From: Octopus sinensis
Lineage: Eukaryota
Length of the DNA: 64,000 nucleotides
Reading direction: 5' to 3'
Assembly: GCF_006345805.1 (NCBI RefSeq)
Contig: NC_043011.1
Location: forward strand, 5,456,001-5,520,000
Made by a program: the position numbers and the translations under genes. Shown piece after piece: positions 36,151 to 50,780 of the stretch. Position 1 is the first letter of the stretch, and every line of letters begins with the position of its first letter. A model generated the notes under the pieces. It ran no database searches. It was given only the letters and a program-made list of their open reading frames with translations, and was not told the origin of the DNA.

Positions 36151-36500
36151 TTCAATATATATATATATAGAGAGAGAAGACACGTGGCTTAGGATGTTGC
36201 ACACATGATTGTGATTTCAGTTCTCAGACTGGGCTGTGCATTGTGTTCTTCAGGAAAACACTTCATTCTTCTTCCTCAGCAATCATTTTGATGTCTGGTC
36301 TGTGGCACACTTGTACACTTGTACAGGCAATGCCAATTTTATATGTGTGTATATATATATATACATACATGCAACGTGTGTGTGTATATATATATATACA
36401 CATACATATGTATATATATGTATGTATCATATATATATATATATATATATGTATGCATGTATGCATATATATGTATGTATACATATGTATATGTATATCA

Positions 36501-36542
<42 letters not shown>

Positions 36543-36705
36543 CACACACACACACATGTATATATACATATATATACACACACATACATACTACATATAT
36601 ATATATATATATACATATGTATGTGTATATATGTTATATATGTATATATATATGTGTGTGTGTGTGTATGTATATACATACATACATTCATACATATATA
36701 TATAC

Positions 36706-36755
<50 letters not shown>

Positions 36756-37914
36756 ATGTGTGTGTGTATATATATATACCCATGCTAGCACGGAAAACGG
36801 ATGTTAAATAATGATGATGATGATGATGATGATATGTGTATGAGTGTGCACATGCAAGCATCCTTGTACACACACACACACACACACATGTATATATATG
36901 TTATATTCATTTATTGGCATACAATCATATAATATTTTGATAGTCCTTTAACAAGCTATAGATTTGACACACATACGCTCCTCGCTCGTAACTACACATT
37001 CCATTTACGAGACTTGACACTGTTTCAAAGCGTCAGTCACTAACAGATTGTAGCCCAGTGCAGTGGTTGAATTAGTGGCCCATACTAAATGTGTTTTGTG
37101 TGACAAAGACAGCGACTCTACTGGTTTTGTGTCGCAGTGCATTCAGTTTGTTCCCTTCTTAACTAAATACAGTTCTATACAGTCAGGGTGTGTATATAAA
37201 AATTTCATTATTTTATTTTGTGGATTTTAATCATAAATTTTGCTTTATTCCATATTTATATGGGCATGTGTTGTATATGTTTGTGTATATATATCCAAGT
37301 ATCTCTCTCTCTCTCTCTCTCTTTCTCTCTCACTCTTTCTCTCTCACTCTCTATACACACACACACACATTTATATTAACACATACATATCTACAGACAT
37401 GTAGATATATGTGTATATGTGTGTATGTGTATAAATTTCATATACATACATATATATATATATATATAATATATATATATATGTATTAATGTTGACAACC
37501 GTTATGCTAGAAGTAGATCAGCTATGGTCTTACCACTAAGAAATGTTCTCAAGAAAAATTTGAGAACATTTCTTAGTGGAAAGATCATAACGGATCTATT
37601 TCTAGCATAAGGGTGTCCACATAGTGGTCATCCCTCTCATATGTATATAATACAATTTACTGAACCTTCAGATTTTATATGCTAGGACACTGGTGTTAAA
37701 TTGATGTTAATTAAATCAATTCAATTTCTCACCTTCATTTTAAATTCATATATATATATACATACATGGCACTAAAAGAGAATGACTCTCCCCAGACATA
37801 ACAGTATATATACATCTACACACACTATATATATATATATATATGCATATACATACATATATATATGTGCATATACATATTAATATATATATATATATAA
37901 TATATATATATATA

Positions 37915-37984
<70 letters not shown>

Positions 37985-38748
37985 TAAAGACATCCTTCAA
38001 TTTTCCTGAGCATCAACCTAATAAATACTATTTTTTTAATGTTACCTTCATGTTTTTTAAAAATTTTTATACCATATACATACATATATATGTATATATA
38101 TATATCATCATCATCATCATCGTCGTCGTCGTCATTTAACGTCCCTTTTTCATGCTTGCTTTGGTTGGACAGTTTGACTGAGAAATGGCAAACCAGAAGG
38201 CTGCACCTGGCATTTACATGTCACTGGTACGAGGACCAGTCAGGCGGTACTAACAACAAAATTGCTTGAATGGTGCTTTTTACATACCACCAATACTGCA
38301 GCCAGTCAGGCAGCACTGGTAATGACCTGTGCTCAAATGGTGCTTTTTATCTGCCGCTAGCACAGGAACCATTCAGGCAGCACTGTCAATGGCTAAGCTT
38401 GAACAGTGCTTTTTACATGCCTCCAGCATGGGCGCCAATCAGGCAGTACTGGCATTGGCCATGACAATGACTTCACTTGACTCAACAGGTCTTCACAAGC
38501 ACAGTTCATTGCCCAATGATTGAAGGGTACTCTTAAATGAACCAGTTATGCTGCAGTGGCATAAGCCACGGTTATGGTCTCACTTGGCTTGCTGGGTCTT
38601 CTCAAGCACAGATATATGTATATGTATATATATATAGAGATAAGAGTCTTTCTAATCTAATGTTGTGGTTGAGCTGTTTATTATTTATTATTATTACTAT
38701 TATTATTAGTATTAGTATTGTCCCTTTGATCCTCGGTCAAAAGTTTGC

Positions 38749-38811
<63 letters not shown>

Positions 38812-39923
38812 TACTATTTTCAGCTTCGCCTCGTATTGCATATTATTTCTCCATACAGGGTTTTTTTTCAATGGCGGCCCATTTTCGCGCGGTTCCACTA
38901 TTTCCCTTCTCTCTCTCCCTCTTTTACGTTGTCTGCCATCCCCCCTATTCCTTTGCTAAGAGCATTTTTAAGCCAGCCCGTCATATTCCCGGTGCACCCG
39001 CCCTTGCCCACCCCCACCACCAATACCCACCCCCACCACCAATACCGGATATCTCTATATTTTTGCTCCATCTATACCGGATGTCGCTTCTCCCACCACC
39101 ATTATAGGTGTCTACTCTTCGAACCCCCCTCTTCAATACGCTATTTCACCATGCATTAACCCTCTCTTGATATCCTACGTTCTACTTGCTAGAACCTGTC
39201 ATCATTTCTCTGAACCACCCCTCCCCACTGGTGCTCCCCTATATTTCTGCCCCCCCCCCCCACACACTAAAAAGCACCATCCGAACGTGGCCGATGCCAG
39301 ACCCCTCTGGCACCTGTGCAGGTGGCACGTAAAAAACACCCACTACACTCGCGGAGTGGTTGGCGTTAGGAAGGACATCCAGCTGTAGAAATACTGCCAG
39401 ACTAGACTGGAGCCTGGGGCAGTCCCTAGCTCCCCAGACCCCGGTCGAAACCGTCCAACCCGTGCTAGCGCGGAAAACGGACGTTAAACGATGATGATGA
39501 TGATGATGATGATGATGATATGTTTATATATATATATATATATATATATCATCATCATCATCATCATCATCATGATTTAACGCCTGCTTTCCATGCTGGC
39601 ATGGGTTGGACGATTTGACTGAGGACTGGTGAGCCAGATGGCTGCACCAGGCTTCAATCTGATCTGGCAGAGTTTCTACAACTGGATGACCTTCCTAACG
39701 CCAACCACTCCGAGAGTGTAGTGGGTGCTTTTACATGCCACTGGCATGAGGGCCAGTCTGGCAGTACTGGCAACAGCCACGCTCAAATGGTGTTTTTTAC
39801 ATGCCACCTGCACAAGAATCAGTCCAGCGACACTGGCAACGACTTCGCTCGGGTGTTTTGTTCACGTGCTACCAGTATAAGTGCCAGTAAGGCGACGCTG
39901 GTAACGATCACGCTCAAATGGTG

Positions 39924-39966
<43 letters not shown>

Positions 39967-39974
39967 ATATATAT

Positions 39975-40410
39975 AGACACAGGTGTAGCTGTGTAGTAAC
40001 AAGCTTGCTTCCCAATCACATGGTTCTGGGTTCAGTCCTACTGCATAGCACCTTGGGCAAGTGTCTTCTACTATAGCCTGGGGCTGACGAAAGCCTTGCG
40101 AGTGGATTTGGTTGACAGAAACTGAAAGAAGCCTGTCATATATTATATATAAATACATACATATATATATGTGTGTGTGTGTGTGTGTGTAGTGTATGTA
40201 TTTGTATGTCTGTGTTTGTCCCCCCACCATCACTTGACAACCGATGTTGGTGTATTTACATCCCTGTAACTTAGTGGTTTGGCAAAAGAGATCAATAGAA
40301 TAAGTACTAGACTTACAAAGAATATGTCCTGGGATTGATTTGTTTAACTAAAGGTGGTGCTCCAGCATGGCTACAGTCACATGACTGCAACAAGTGAAAG
40401 AATAAAAGAA
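39975..40410 (+). mobile_element. SINE family A
   Basis: Same consensus, more diverged. Confidence 0.85.
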
Positions 40411-41062
40411 TACAGTCACACACACACACACACATGCAAATACACACATTGGTCAGCTGGCTCAGATGTAGCACCAGTTCAACAGTGACTAAGCCTGCAA
40501 GCTGACCAAGACTGCTTGATGAAGAAGGTTAATATTTAGATGGCCTGCACTGAAAGAAGTAGATGAAATGAAGAGAATTAACAACCAATAAATAGCTACC
40601 ATAGGGTCCAGTGCATTTATTTTCCCAGGGACCTTAGGGGTTTGGGGATCCAGCATATCCATTGACTTTCAAAAGACTTTCAAGTCCTTAGAACTGCCCT
40701 GATAATTTTTCCTGTCCCTAAGAGGCAAACTTTCTTTAGAAACTCTAAAGGAGATTCTATTAGAATCTCCTTCAACCATTTGTCTATATCTTTGCTTACA
40801 GTTCCCAATGGACTAATTATTATAGGCTCTGTTGTTGTTGTTGTTGTTATTCATAGTGGCGAGCTGGTAGAATACACCAGGTGAAATGCTTAGCGATATT
40901 TCGTCCATCGCAATGTTCTGAGTTTAAATTCCACTGAGGTTGACTTTGCCTTTCATCCTTTTGAGGTTGATAAAATAAGTACCAGTTGAACACTGGGGTC
41001 GATATAATCGACTTTTTCCCTCTCACAAAACTGCTGCCCTTGTGGCAAAATTTGAAACCACT

Positions 41063-41635
<573 letters not shown>

Positions 41636-41637
<2 letters not shown>

Positions 41638-42013
41638 ACCTCCTCCTTAGCGAAGGTGGAGGTATTGTTTTCAGTCGTGTTTGTTTGTCTGTGGACAAGA
41701 TATCTCAAGATATCTCAAGATATCTCAAGAACCGATGGATGGATTCAGATGAAAGTTTCAGGGCGGTTTGACCTCATGACTGTCACAAACTGATTAGATT
41801 TTGGGATTGATCCAGTATCAGATAAGGATTCTGGATAATTTTTCTGGTTTTTTAGTTAATTTTTGAGAGCGGTCAGATTCGTTTTTAGTATTCTCACTTG
41901 TGAGAGTAGTCGAGTTTATTTCAGATATTCTCATTTTAAAAATCCTCTCTGGCTAATCATTGAGAGGACATTGGTGTTGCCTTGGTGGAGGTTTGCACTC
42001 TCTGAGTGCTCTT
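41636..42013 (+). mobile_element. Helentron-associated (HINE-like) element, near full length
   Basis: Subterminal inverted repeats acctcc / ggaggt plus a 3' hairpin gcactc-tct-gagtgc, in T-rich flanks. Confidence 0.65.
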
Positions 42014-42423
42014 GTTATTATTACTTTGATTAGGTGTAATTAATAACCTGGTGTTAGAGTTCAATAGACAAGTGTTTTGAAAAATAATAATAATGAAGTT
42101 ATTGTAAACAATGCTCAGGTGGTGCTTTACAACTCATCAGAAAAAGTAACCAAATGATCAGTAGATAGAATATGAACAGGAAGTGAACAGTGAAAAAAAT
42201 CTTAACCAAAAACAAAAAAAAGGGTCAGCAATAAGAAAAAAGAGCAGCAATAAGAAATTAAATTAATGACAAGGGAATAAGAAATTATGCCATGAACTAC
42301 ATTAGCTCACAGCTGTTTCTGCTACAAGATGCAATGCACTCATAGTTGAATGTTTGTGTGTTACCCTATAGCTTCATCAGAACTTCAAAAACAAAGTGCA
42401 GTAACAATATGTATGTATGTACG

Positions 42424-42455
<32 letters not shown>

Positions 42456-42513
42456 TGTATGTATGTATGTATGTATGTATGTATTTGTATGCATGTATGT
42501 ATGTATGTATGTT

Positions 42514-43375
42514 TGAGGTGGTATCAAAAGGTCCTGGATTAGTTATGTTTAATAAAAAATAACTTATTTACCTAAGTTTTAACATCATCTCCTTCGAAAT
42601 AGTCCCCTTGCACACCAATACACTGATCCCAGTGTTCATGTCACCTTTGGAATCTGGCCGGGAAGTCATTTTCCATAAGCAAGTCGAGGACCTTCTGCGA
42701 TTCACTCTGGATCTCAATAACAGAGTTAAAACAGAGACCTTTGAGCTGCATTTTCATTTTGGGGAAGATATGAAGGTCTGCAGGTGTTAAATCTGGTGAA
42801 TAGGGTGGGTGCAGAAGTGGTACTATGTTGGTTTTGGTGAGAAACTCACAGGTGAGGAGAACTTGGTGATGGGGTTCATTGTTGTCATGCATGTCTTCCC
42901 CCAAACACTTCAAAATGTCAAAGAACTCTCAGTTGACAATCTGGTCCTGAGTGATGAATTCTTAATGCTCAATATCACATTTCCAGGTTGACACTTGTGG
43001 CAGATCTTTCGGATCACTCACCGTCTTCCAGGGATGCTCCTCCATTCTTGAAGCACTTGAGTACGACCCATTGCCTTGTTGTCATAAGCTTGCCAGAACA
43101 TGCTCAATGTCTCTGGAGTAGACTTCACAAGTTTAAGGCAAAATTTCATGTTGACTCTTTGTTCCAATTTCTTGTCCTTGACAAAATTGTAGACAACAGC
43201 AGATCACACATGATCACAAAAACACAAATCTCACAATCTGCGAAGAAATCACAGTGATGTCACCTGGTACACTACCTCATGAAGGGCGCTGCTAGCTCTC
43301 ACTGCACACACACCATGTGCTGCCATCTGTTGGTGTGCTACAGAACTAGTCCAGGAACTTTCTGATACCACTTTG
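42514..43375 (-). mobile_element. Mariner transposon remnant
   Basis: HPPYSPDLTPAD motif in ORF 42641-42913; TIRs gaggtggtatcaaaag / ctttctgataccact. Confidence 0.8.
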
Positions 43376-44660
43376 TCTCACACACACATACATATATATA
43401 ATACATACAGACATATGTGTGTGTGTGTGTGTGTGGTGTGTATACATACAGACAGGAATTATTGAACATGATACATCTATTTATACTTGCATATATTTTT
43501 TCAGCGTATTTAAGTGTGTCTGTTTACATTTGCATAGGTATTCTTTTCCTATTTCCAAGAATGTACACACACACACACACACATTATGAATCACCAACAT
43601 CTGTTTGTATTAACCGATAAAAAAACAACCAAAGAGAAGAACAGAAACAGGGCACCCCAATTTGTGTCCACCTCACAGATAATGGTTTGCTGCCAGTAAG
43701 CCTATCATTGAAGTGGCTTTTCACATGTTTAATGCAACAGATCAAGGAATTTAATTAAATTTGAATTACATCCTCAATAATGACAATATAATCTTATAAT
43801 TGAGTAATTTTAGTGCAGCTGGGAGGAAAAATCTTTAATAATTAAGATAGGGATGATTTTAATTCATTAGTATTAATTACATAGAAAATGGAGCTGTGTT
43901 TTCAATTTGATATGTTACTCTATGGTGACAAATGTGAATGGGAAAAGTCATTTTTGTTATCAGATGCATCGGGCGATATGATATGCTTGAGAAGACCTGT
44001 TCAGTCAAGTAAAACCAAAATTGTGGCTGTGACCAGTGCCCCCTCACTGGCTCCCGTGCCAGTGACACGTAAAAAGCATCATCAAAATGTGGTCAATGCC
44101 AGTGTCCCCTGACTGGCTCCTGTGCCGCTGGCACAAAAAGCATCATCTGAATGTGATCAATGCCAGGTCCGCCTGACTGGCTCCCGTGCCGGTGGCATGT
44201 AAAATGCATCATCCCAACATGGTTTCTGCCAATGTCCTTGATTGGCTCCCATGATTATATTGGAATTTCCTCATCATTGTCATCACGTAATGTTCATCTT
44301 TCATGCTGGCATGGGCTGGACGATTTGATGGGTTCCAATGTGTCTGAAGACTGCATCAAGCCCCAATGTCTGCTTCGGCATGGTTTTTATGGCTGGATGC
44401 CATTCCTAATACCATTTTGCCATTTTAAAAAAGTTAGTAGGAACATACACATACATACTGACAGACATCCCACACCCACCAAATGTAACTTTCGGATGGT
44501 GTACATTATGTCTATAGGGGAATTTAGTGTGAAAATAATTGCGGTTGTTTACTTATTGAACTGTCTTATGATTAAAGGCATTCAATTGTGATCATCTTAA
44601 TGCAAATCTGGAACTACCCCTACCCATCCATATATATATGTATATATATGTGTGTATATA

Positions 44661-44714
<54 letters not shown>

Positions 44715-44896
44715 CAGAGTAAACACATAAATGTGAAACAAGGTGGAAAAAAGAGTACTCAAATACCAGTGGTAGAGTAATATGCTTTATTTCAAGCAGC
44801 AGAAAATTCCACAAAACCTGTTACTCTGAGTTTCCCGTTGCACATAAAAACTCAGAGTAACAGGTTTTGTTGAATTTTCTGCTGCTTTAAATAAAG

Positions 44897-44928
<32 letters not shown>

Positions 44929-45341
44929 CACACACACACAAACATGCACACATGTGTATGTATATCATCTTCATCGTCATTTAACATCCATTTTCTATGC
45001 TGGTTGGATGGTTTGACAAGAGCTGGCAAGCTGAAGAGCAACACTAGGCTCCGATGGTCTGTTTTGGCTTGATTTCTATGGCTGGAGGCCCTTCCTAATG
45101 CCAACGACTTTCCAGAGGATGTTGGGTGCTTTTTATGTGGCACCAAAAGCCACTTCAATGTTAAGTTTACTGAGAGCAAAGCATCATCTGTCTGGTGGAT
45201 ACAAAGTGAGGTACCATGGTACTGTTCTTTTCGTTGATTGTTTTTTTACTGGTTAATAGAAAGAGATGTTGGTGATTGATAACGTGTGAGTGTGTGTGTG
45301 TGTGTGTGTGTGCATTCCTGAAAATGGAAATAAAATAAAAG

Positions 45342-45610
45342 ATACAGTTCTATATTTGAGAGATGAGGAATTATGTACATTATTTACATTTGACGGATAT
45401 TTGTCCTCATCTTGTTTGTTGTTAATACAACGTTTCGGCTGATATACTCTCCAGCCTTCATCAGATTTCTTGGCGAAATTTCGAACCTGGGTTCTCATTT
45501 TTCGCCGTTATTATTATTATTATTCAGGTCACTGCCTGGAATTGAACACGGAACCTTGGGGTTAGTAGCCTGTGCTCTTAACCACTATGCCATATACCCA
45601 TGAGGCATAT
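45342..45610 (-). mobile_element. Second copy of the tRNA-headed, hammerhead-tailed element
   Basis: The minus strand reads tRNA-like head (45599-45525), (AAT)n, then CTGATGAAGGCTGGAGAGTATATCAGCCGAAACGTT (45469-45424) and the same 3' tail as 20575-20700. Confidence 0.75.
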
Positions 45611-47280
45611 GTAAATAAAATAAAAGATATCCATATTACCAAAAGTAATGAGGAAACAAATTCTTGGGGTGTTGAGCTAACTTGCATGGGTAAACCATAA
45701 ATACAAACCCCCTCGCAAAGGTATATTTGAATAATATAGATCCTAATACATAAAAAGACACAATGATAAAGAATAGAATATTTTTGATTGTAGGTCTGGT
45801 CTATGAGGACTCACAGAAGGGACGAAACCAAATCAAGTTACTGTTATTTCTTACGCAGGTGTTGATTCCCTACATCAGTACAAGACCAGAGAGATGTCAA
45901 TGTGTATTAGCATGCTACTTTTCACCGAATCAACCCTTGTATATAACTGGTACATCTTTTTAAATAGTCTCTGGTGGAATGAAAGATAAAGCTGATTCTA
46001 GCGAGGTTTGAACTCAAAATTTAGAAATAATAAAACTAAGCACTGTTGGTTATTTGGTTCCCAATTCTCTTGGTTCTACTGCCCCTTCTTTCTTTACATA
46101 TCCTATTTGAGGGTAAGAGCCCCACCTTCTATATCTCAAGCAGTCACTCTGGATCCAGTGTATGAATTCGGTTCTTCCATCAGGTTTAATGCACTAAAAA
46201 GTTTTTTTCCCTGAATGCATGCTGCAGAAATTGGGTTTTCATGTAACATGTCCATTTGTCTTTTATGCCATTGGATCAGATGTTTATTAAGACAGTTACT
46301 TTCTGTTGAGACAATCCTTTAAAAAGGAGAACAGGAAGTTTTATAATCTCAAAGTTATGTGTTTTCATTGTCTAATTAGTGGAAGACTCATTAATTTTAT
46401 TAATATATAGATGCAAGTATAGCTGTGTGTTGACCAAAGCCTTGTGAGTAGATTTGAGAGACGGAAACTGAAAGAAGCTTGTTGTATGCCAGCATGGACA
46501 ATGGATGTTGAATAACAATGACAATGATGACGATGATGATGATGATGACAGTGGCGGCGGCAGCGATGTCGGTGGTGGCAATGACGACAAACATGATGAT
46601 GATGATAATGGTAACATCATCATCCATTGTGCTTGTCGTCATTGCCACCACCGACATCGCTGCCGATGATAATGGTAACATCATCATCATCATTGTTTAA
46701 TGTCCGTTTTCCTTGGTAGTATGGGTTGGATGGTTCAACCGGGGTCTGGGAAGCCAGGAGGCTGCACCTAAGCTCCAGTCTGATCTGGCAGTGTTTCTAC
46801 AGCTGGATGCCCTTCCTAACGCCAACCACTCCATGAGTGTAGTGGGTGCTTTTTACGTGCCACCGGCACCGGGGCCAGGGGAGGCTGGCAAAGCCACAAT
46901 CGGTCGGTGCTTTTTACGTGCCACCGAGAGTTAACACTTATGATATGCAAATTAGTAACCCCGGTTTTCTGTGGCTACTAAAATTGTTGCTTGTTTCTCT
47001 GGGAGTTGGTCAAATTGATGGAGATGCCTTTGATGGAAATCCAACAAGATTCATAAATCAATTAAGATTGGTCATCATTTTTTCCAGTCTATGGAAAAAC
47101 AACTAAATTAGTCCTGTTTATAAACATACTAAATGAGTTATACACACACACACACACACATATATGTATACATTTCAACTGATTTGATCTCTATTCAATA
47201 TCAGCTGTCTTATTCCTTGATATTTGTGCAGTTCTCAGATAGGATTTGAACATGGGTCTGTCATTTGCAAAGTAAAGCTA

Positions 47281-47675
47281 GAGTGGCTGTGTAGTAAGTA
47301 GCTTGTTTACCAACCACATGGTTCCGGGTTCAGTCCCACTGCGTGGCACCTTGGGCAAGTGTCTTCTACTATAGCCTCGGGCCAACCAATGCCTTGTGAG
47401 TGGATTTGGTAGACGGAAACTGAAAGAAGCCCATTGTATATATGTATATATATGCGTGTGTGTGTTTGTGTGTCTGTGATTGCCCCCTAGCATTGCTTGA
47501 CAACCGATGCTGGTGTGTTTATGTCCCCGTTACTTAGCGGTTCAGCAAAAGAGACCGATAGAATAAGTACTGGGTTTACAAAAGAATAAGTCCCGGGGTC
47601 GGGTTGCTCGATAAAGGCGGTGCTCCAGCATGGCCGCAGTCAAAAGACTGAAACAAGTAAAAGAGTAAAAGAGTA
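47281..47675 (+). mobile_element. SINE family A
   Basis: Same consensus. Confidence 0.9.
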
Positions 47676-47801
47676 CCCTTGGTCCTCATATGTTAAGCAA
47701 GAATAAAAAAAAAATGCAGAACAAAAATACCCACCTCTACCCAACAACAACATTAAATATAATTGCTTTTTTTTTTCTTCTTTAACAGATTTTAAGACAG
47801 A

Positions 47802-47825
47802 ATGGAATCCCAAGAATCAGATTAT
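47802..47825 (+). CDS. OXNAD1-like oxidoreductase, probable first coding exon (MESQESDY; whole exon 47789-47825)
   Basis: Strong acceptor (T-tract, tttaacag at 47788) and donor gtaagt at 47826; ATG preceded by an in-frame TAA inside the exon; phase 0 matches the exon at 56372. Confidence 0.65.
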
Positions 47826-47926
47826 GTAAGTGTTTATGTTATTGATTTCTATTGATGGCAGATGCAAACACTGACAGGGTCTTGGATTGATTGAGGAACG
47901 GAGTTGGGAAAGGTTACTATAGAAAT

Positions 47927-48620
47927 ATTAGGTTGGGGCATAATTATTGTGACTTTTTTTTCAACAAATTTTATTCAACAAAAACGATAACAATATTTAA
48001 CAAAAACACATTTAAATGATTATTCTGGAGCATATTCACCATCCACTTCAATTACTGCTTCCCATTTGCTTGGCAGACAGACAGACCGACATTTAAAGAT
48101 GTTTTTGTTAAATATTGTTATTGTTTTCGTTGAATAAAATTTGTAGAAAAAAACCGCAATAATTATGCACCAATCCAATCCAATAGATATACATACATAC
48201 ATTCATACATACATACATACATTCATACATACATACATACATACATACATGCATGCATGCATACATACATACATACATACATGCATGCATGCATACATAC
48301 ATACATACATACATACATGCATGCATGCATACATACATACATATATACATACACACATACATACATACATATATACATACATACATACATGCATACATAT
48401 ATGCACATATATTAGGTTGGTGCATAATTATTGTGACTTTTTTTCAACAAATTTTATTCAACAAAAACAACAACAACGTGTAACAAAAACATCTTTAAAT
48501 GATTATTCTGGAGCATAATCACCATCTACTTCAATTACTGCTTCCTCTTTGCTTGGCAGACAGTCAGACCGTCATTTAAGATGTTTTTGTTAGATATTGT
48601 TATTGTTTTTGCTGAATGAC
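47927..48620. mobile_element. Two mariner-derived MITE copies (47927-48184 and 48410-48620) separated by (TACA/TGCA)n
   Basis: TIR attaggttggtgcataattattg; internal minus-strand LPSKWEAVIEVDGEY, a mariner C-terminus. Confidence 0.75.
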
Positions 48621-48629
48621 AGTTAGCAT

Positions 48630-48900
48630 TCTGAACATTTAACTTAATCAAAAAGCAAAAAGCAAGGCCATGTAGGGGGACATGGAGTTATGTACAGGGA
48701 GGATGGTCATACAAAGAGTTCAGACCATTTCTGGTCAAGAGAGACTTTGAACCGAGCGGTCGTCGGCATCTTCACTATCTCGTCCGGCAGCTTATTCCAC
48801 GGAACCGCAACCCGGACGGAGAAAGCCCCTCTCCTTCGATTGAGATGAAATCGTCGCAGATAGAGCTTTTCGGAGTGACCCCGCAGCCTACGCTCTTTAG
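48630..48900 (-). mobile_element. CR1-clade LINE 3' end
   Basis: RLRGHSEKL..RRRGAFSVRV..PWNKLPDEIV..FKVSLD. Confidence 0.8.
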
Positions 48901-49195
48901 CATTCACATTATTCTATCAAAAGTAATGTTTATTCAATCACATTGTTTTGAAGTAATCATGCATTATTCTGTGGCTTTGAGACTTTGAGGAGCTGTTTAT
49001 TTTGAGAGTAACATTGCAGGGTTGGTGTGAGAGGCAAGATCTGGCTGGTTTGAATATGAAATATGTAGAATATATTGACATAGATATGGTCAATTTAAAT
49101 GCTAAAGTGTTAATTGTGACAAAGTTATTTTTTAATAAAATTCTCATTATTTTCACAATAAACTGAAACGCAGGCAGTGTTTTGCAGCAGAAATA

Positions 49196-50547
49196 TGGTA
49201 TGTATGTATATATGCATGTATGTATGCATACATGCATGTATATATGCATGTATGTATATATGTATGCATGTTTGCATGCATATATGTATTTATGCATGTA
49301 TGTATGCATACATGTATGTATGCATACATGTATGTATATATGTATATATGCATGTATGTATGCATACATGTATATATATATGTATGCATGTATGCATGCA
49401 TGTATGTATTTATGCATGTATGTATGTATGCATGTATCTATGTATATATGTACATTAAAAGCACCTATAATATGCGTAATTCAACATTGCATTGATTATA
49501 TATGACACTACGTCTTTGTGTGTTACCACCAGAACTGACGTCAATACAACAAGAGCTAGGACCCACGCAATCCTTATTTCCTCGATAAGATCCTGCTTTG
49601 ATAGCTACACACTACATCATTGTACTCTGCTACACCACTTCATCTCATACAGTTTTATGGTGAAACACATTCATGAACTTCCTTCTCTCAATTGTCCAAT
49701 AATTCTGATTAGACGAGATTCAGCGTGACACGGAATGTGACAAGCCCTGTCCCTTTACAATTAAAGGAAAAGAACATGTTTTACCAGCTGAGTGGACTCG
49801 AACAATGTGGAATAAAGTGTCTTGCTCAAGGACAGAACGCATCGCCTGGAAATGAACTCATGCATGCATATATACATACATGTATGCATACATACATGCA
49901 TACATACGTACATACATACAAGCATACATACATGCATACATACATACATGCATGCATATATACATACATACATGTATACATATATGCATGCATAATTACA
50001 TACATGCATGTATACATATATGCATGCATACATGCATACATACATGTATGCATGCATGCATGCATGCATGCATACATGTATGCATGCATACATGCATAAT
50101 GAATATACACGTGTATGCATACGTACATAGATACATGCATGCATATGCATACATACATGCATACATACGTACATACATACATACTTGCATACATACCTGC
50201 ATACATGCATACATACATGCATACATACATACATACATGCATACATGCATACATACATACATGCATACATGCATACATGCATACATACATACAAGCATAC
50301 ATACATGCATACATACATACAAACAAACATGCATACATACATACATACATGCATACATACATACATGCATATATACATGTATGCATATGCATACATGCAT
50401 ACATACATGCATACATACATACATACATATATACATGCATGCATGCATACATACATGCATACATACATGCATACATACATGCATACATACATACATGCAT
50501 ACATACATGCATGCATGCATACATGCATACATACATACATACATGCA

Positions 50548-50581
<34 letters not shown>

Positions 50582-50780
50582 CATGCATGCATGCATACAT
50601 ACATGCATACATACATGCATACATACATGCATACATACATACATGCATACATACATGCATGCATGCATACATGCATACATACATACATACATGCATACAT
50701 ACATACATACATACATACATTGCATACATACATACATTGCATACGTACATACATTGCATACGTACATACATGCATGCATG
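49196..50780. repeat. (TGCA/TACA)n tetranucleotide arrays (49196-49452 and 49860-50780, opposite polarity)
   Basis: Direct observation; source of the MHAY/CMYV ORFs. Confidence 0.95.
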
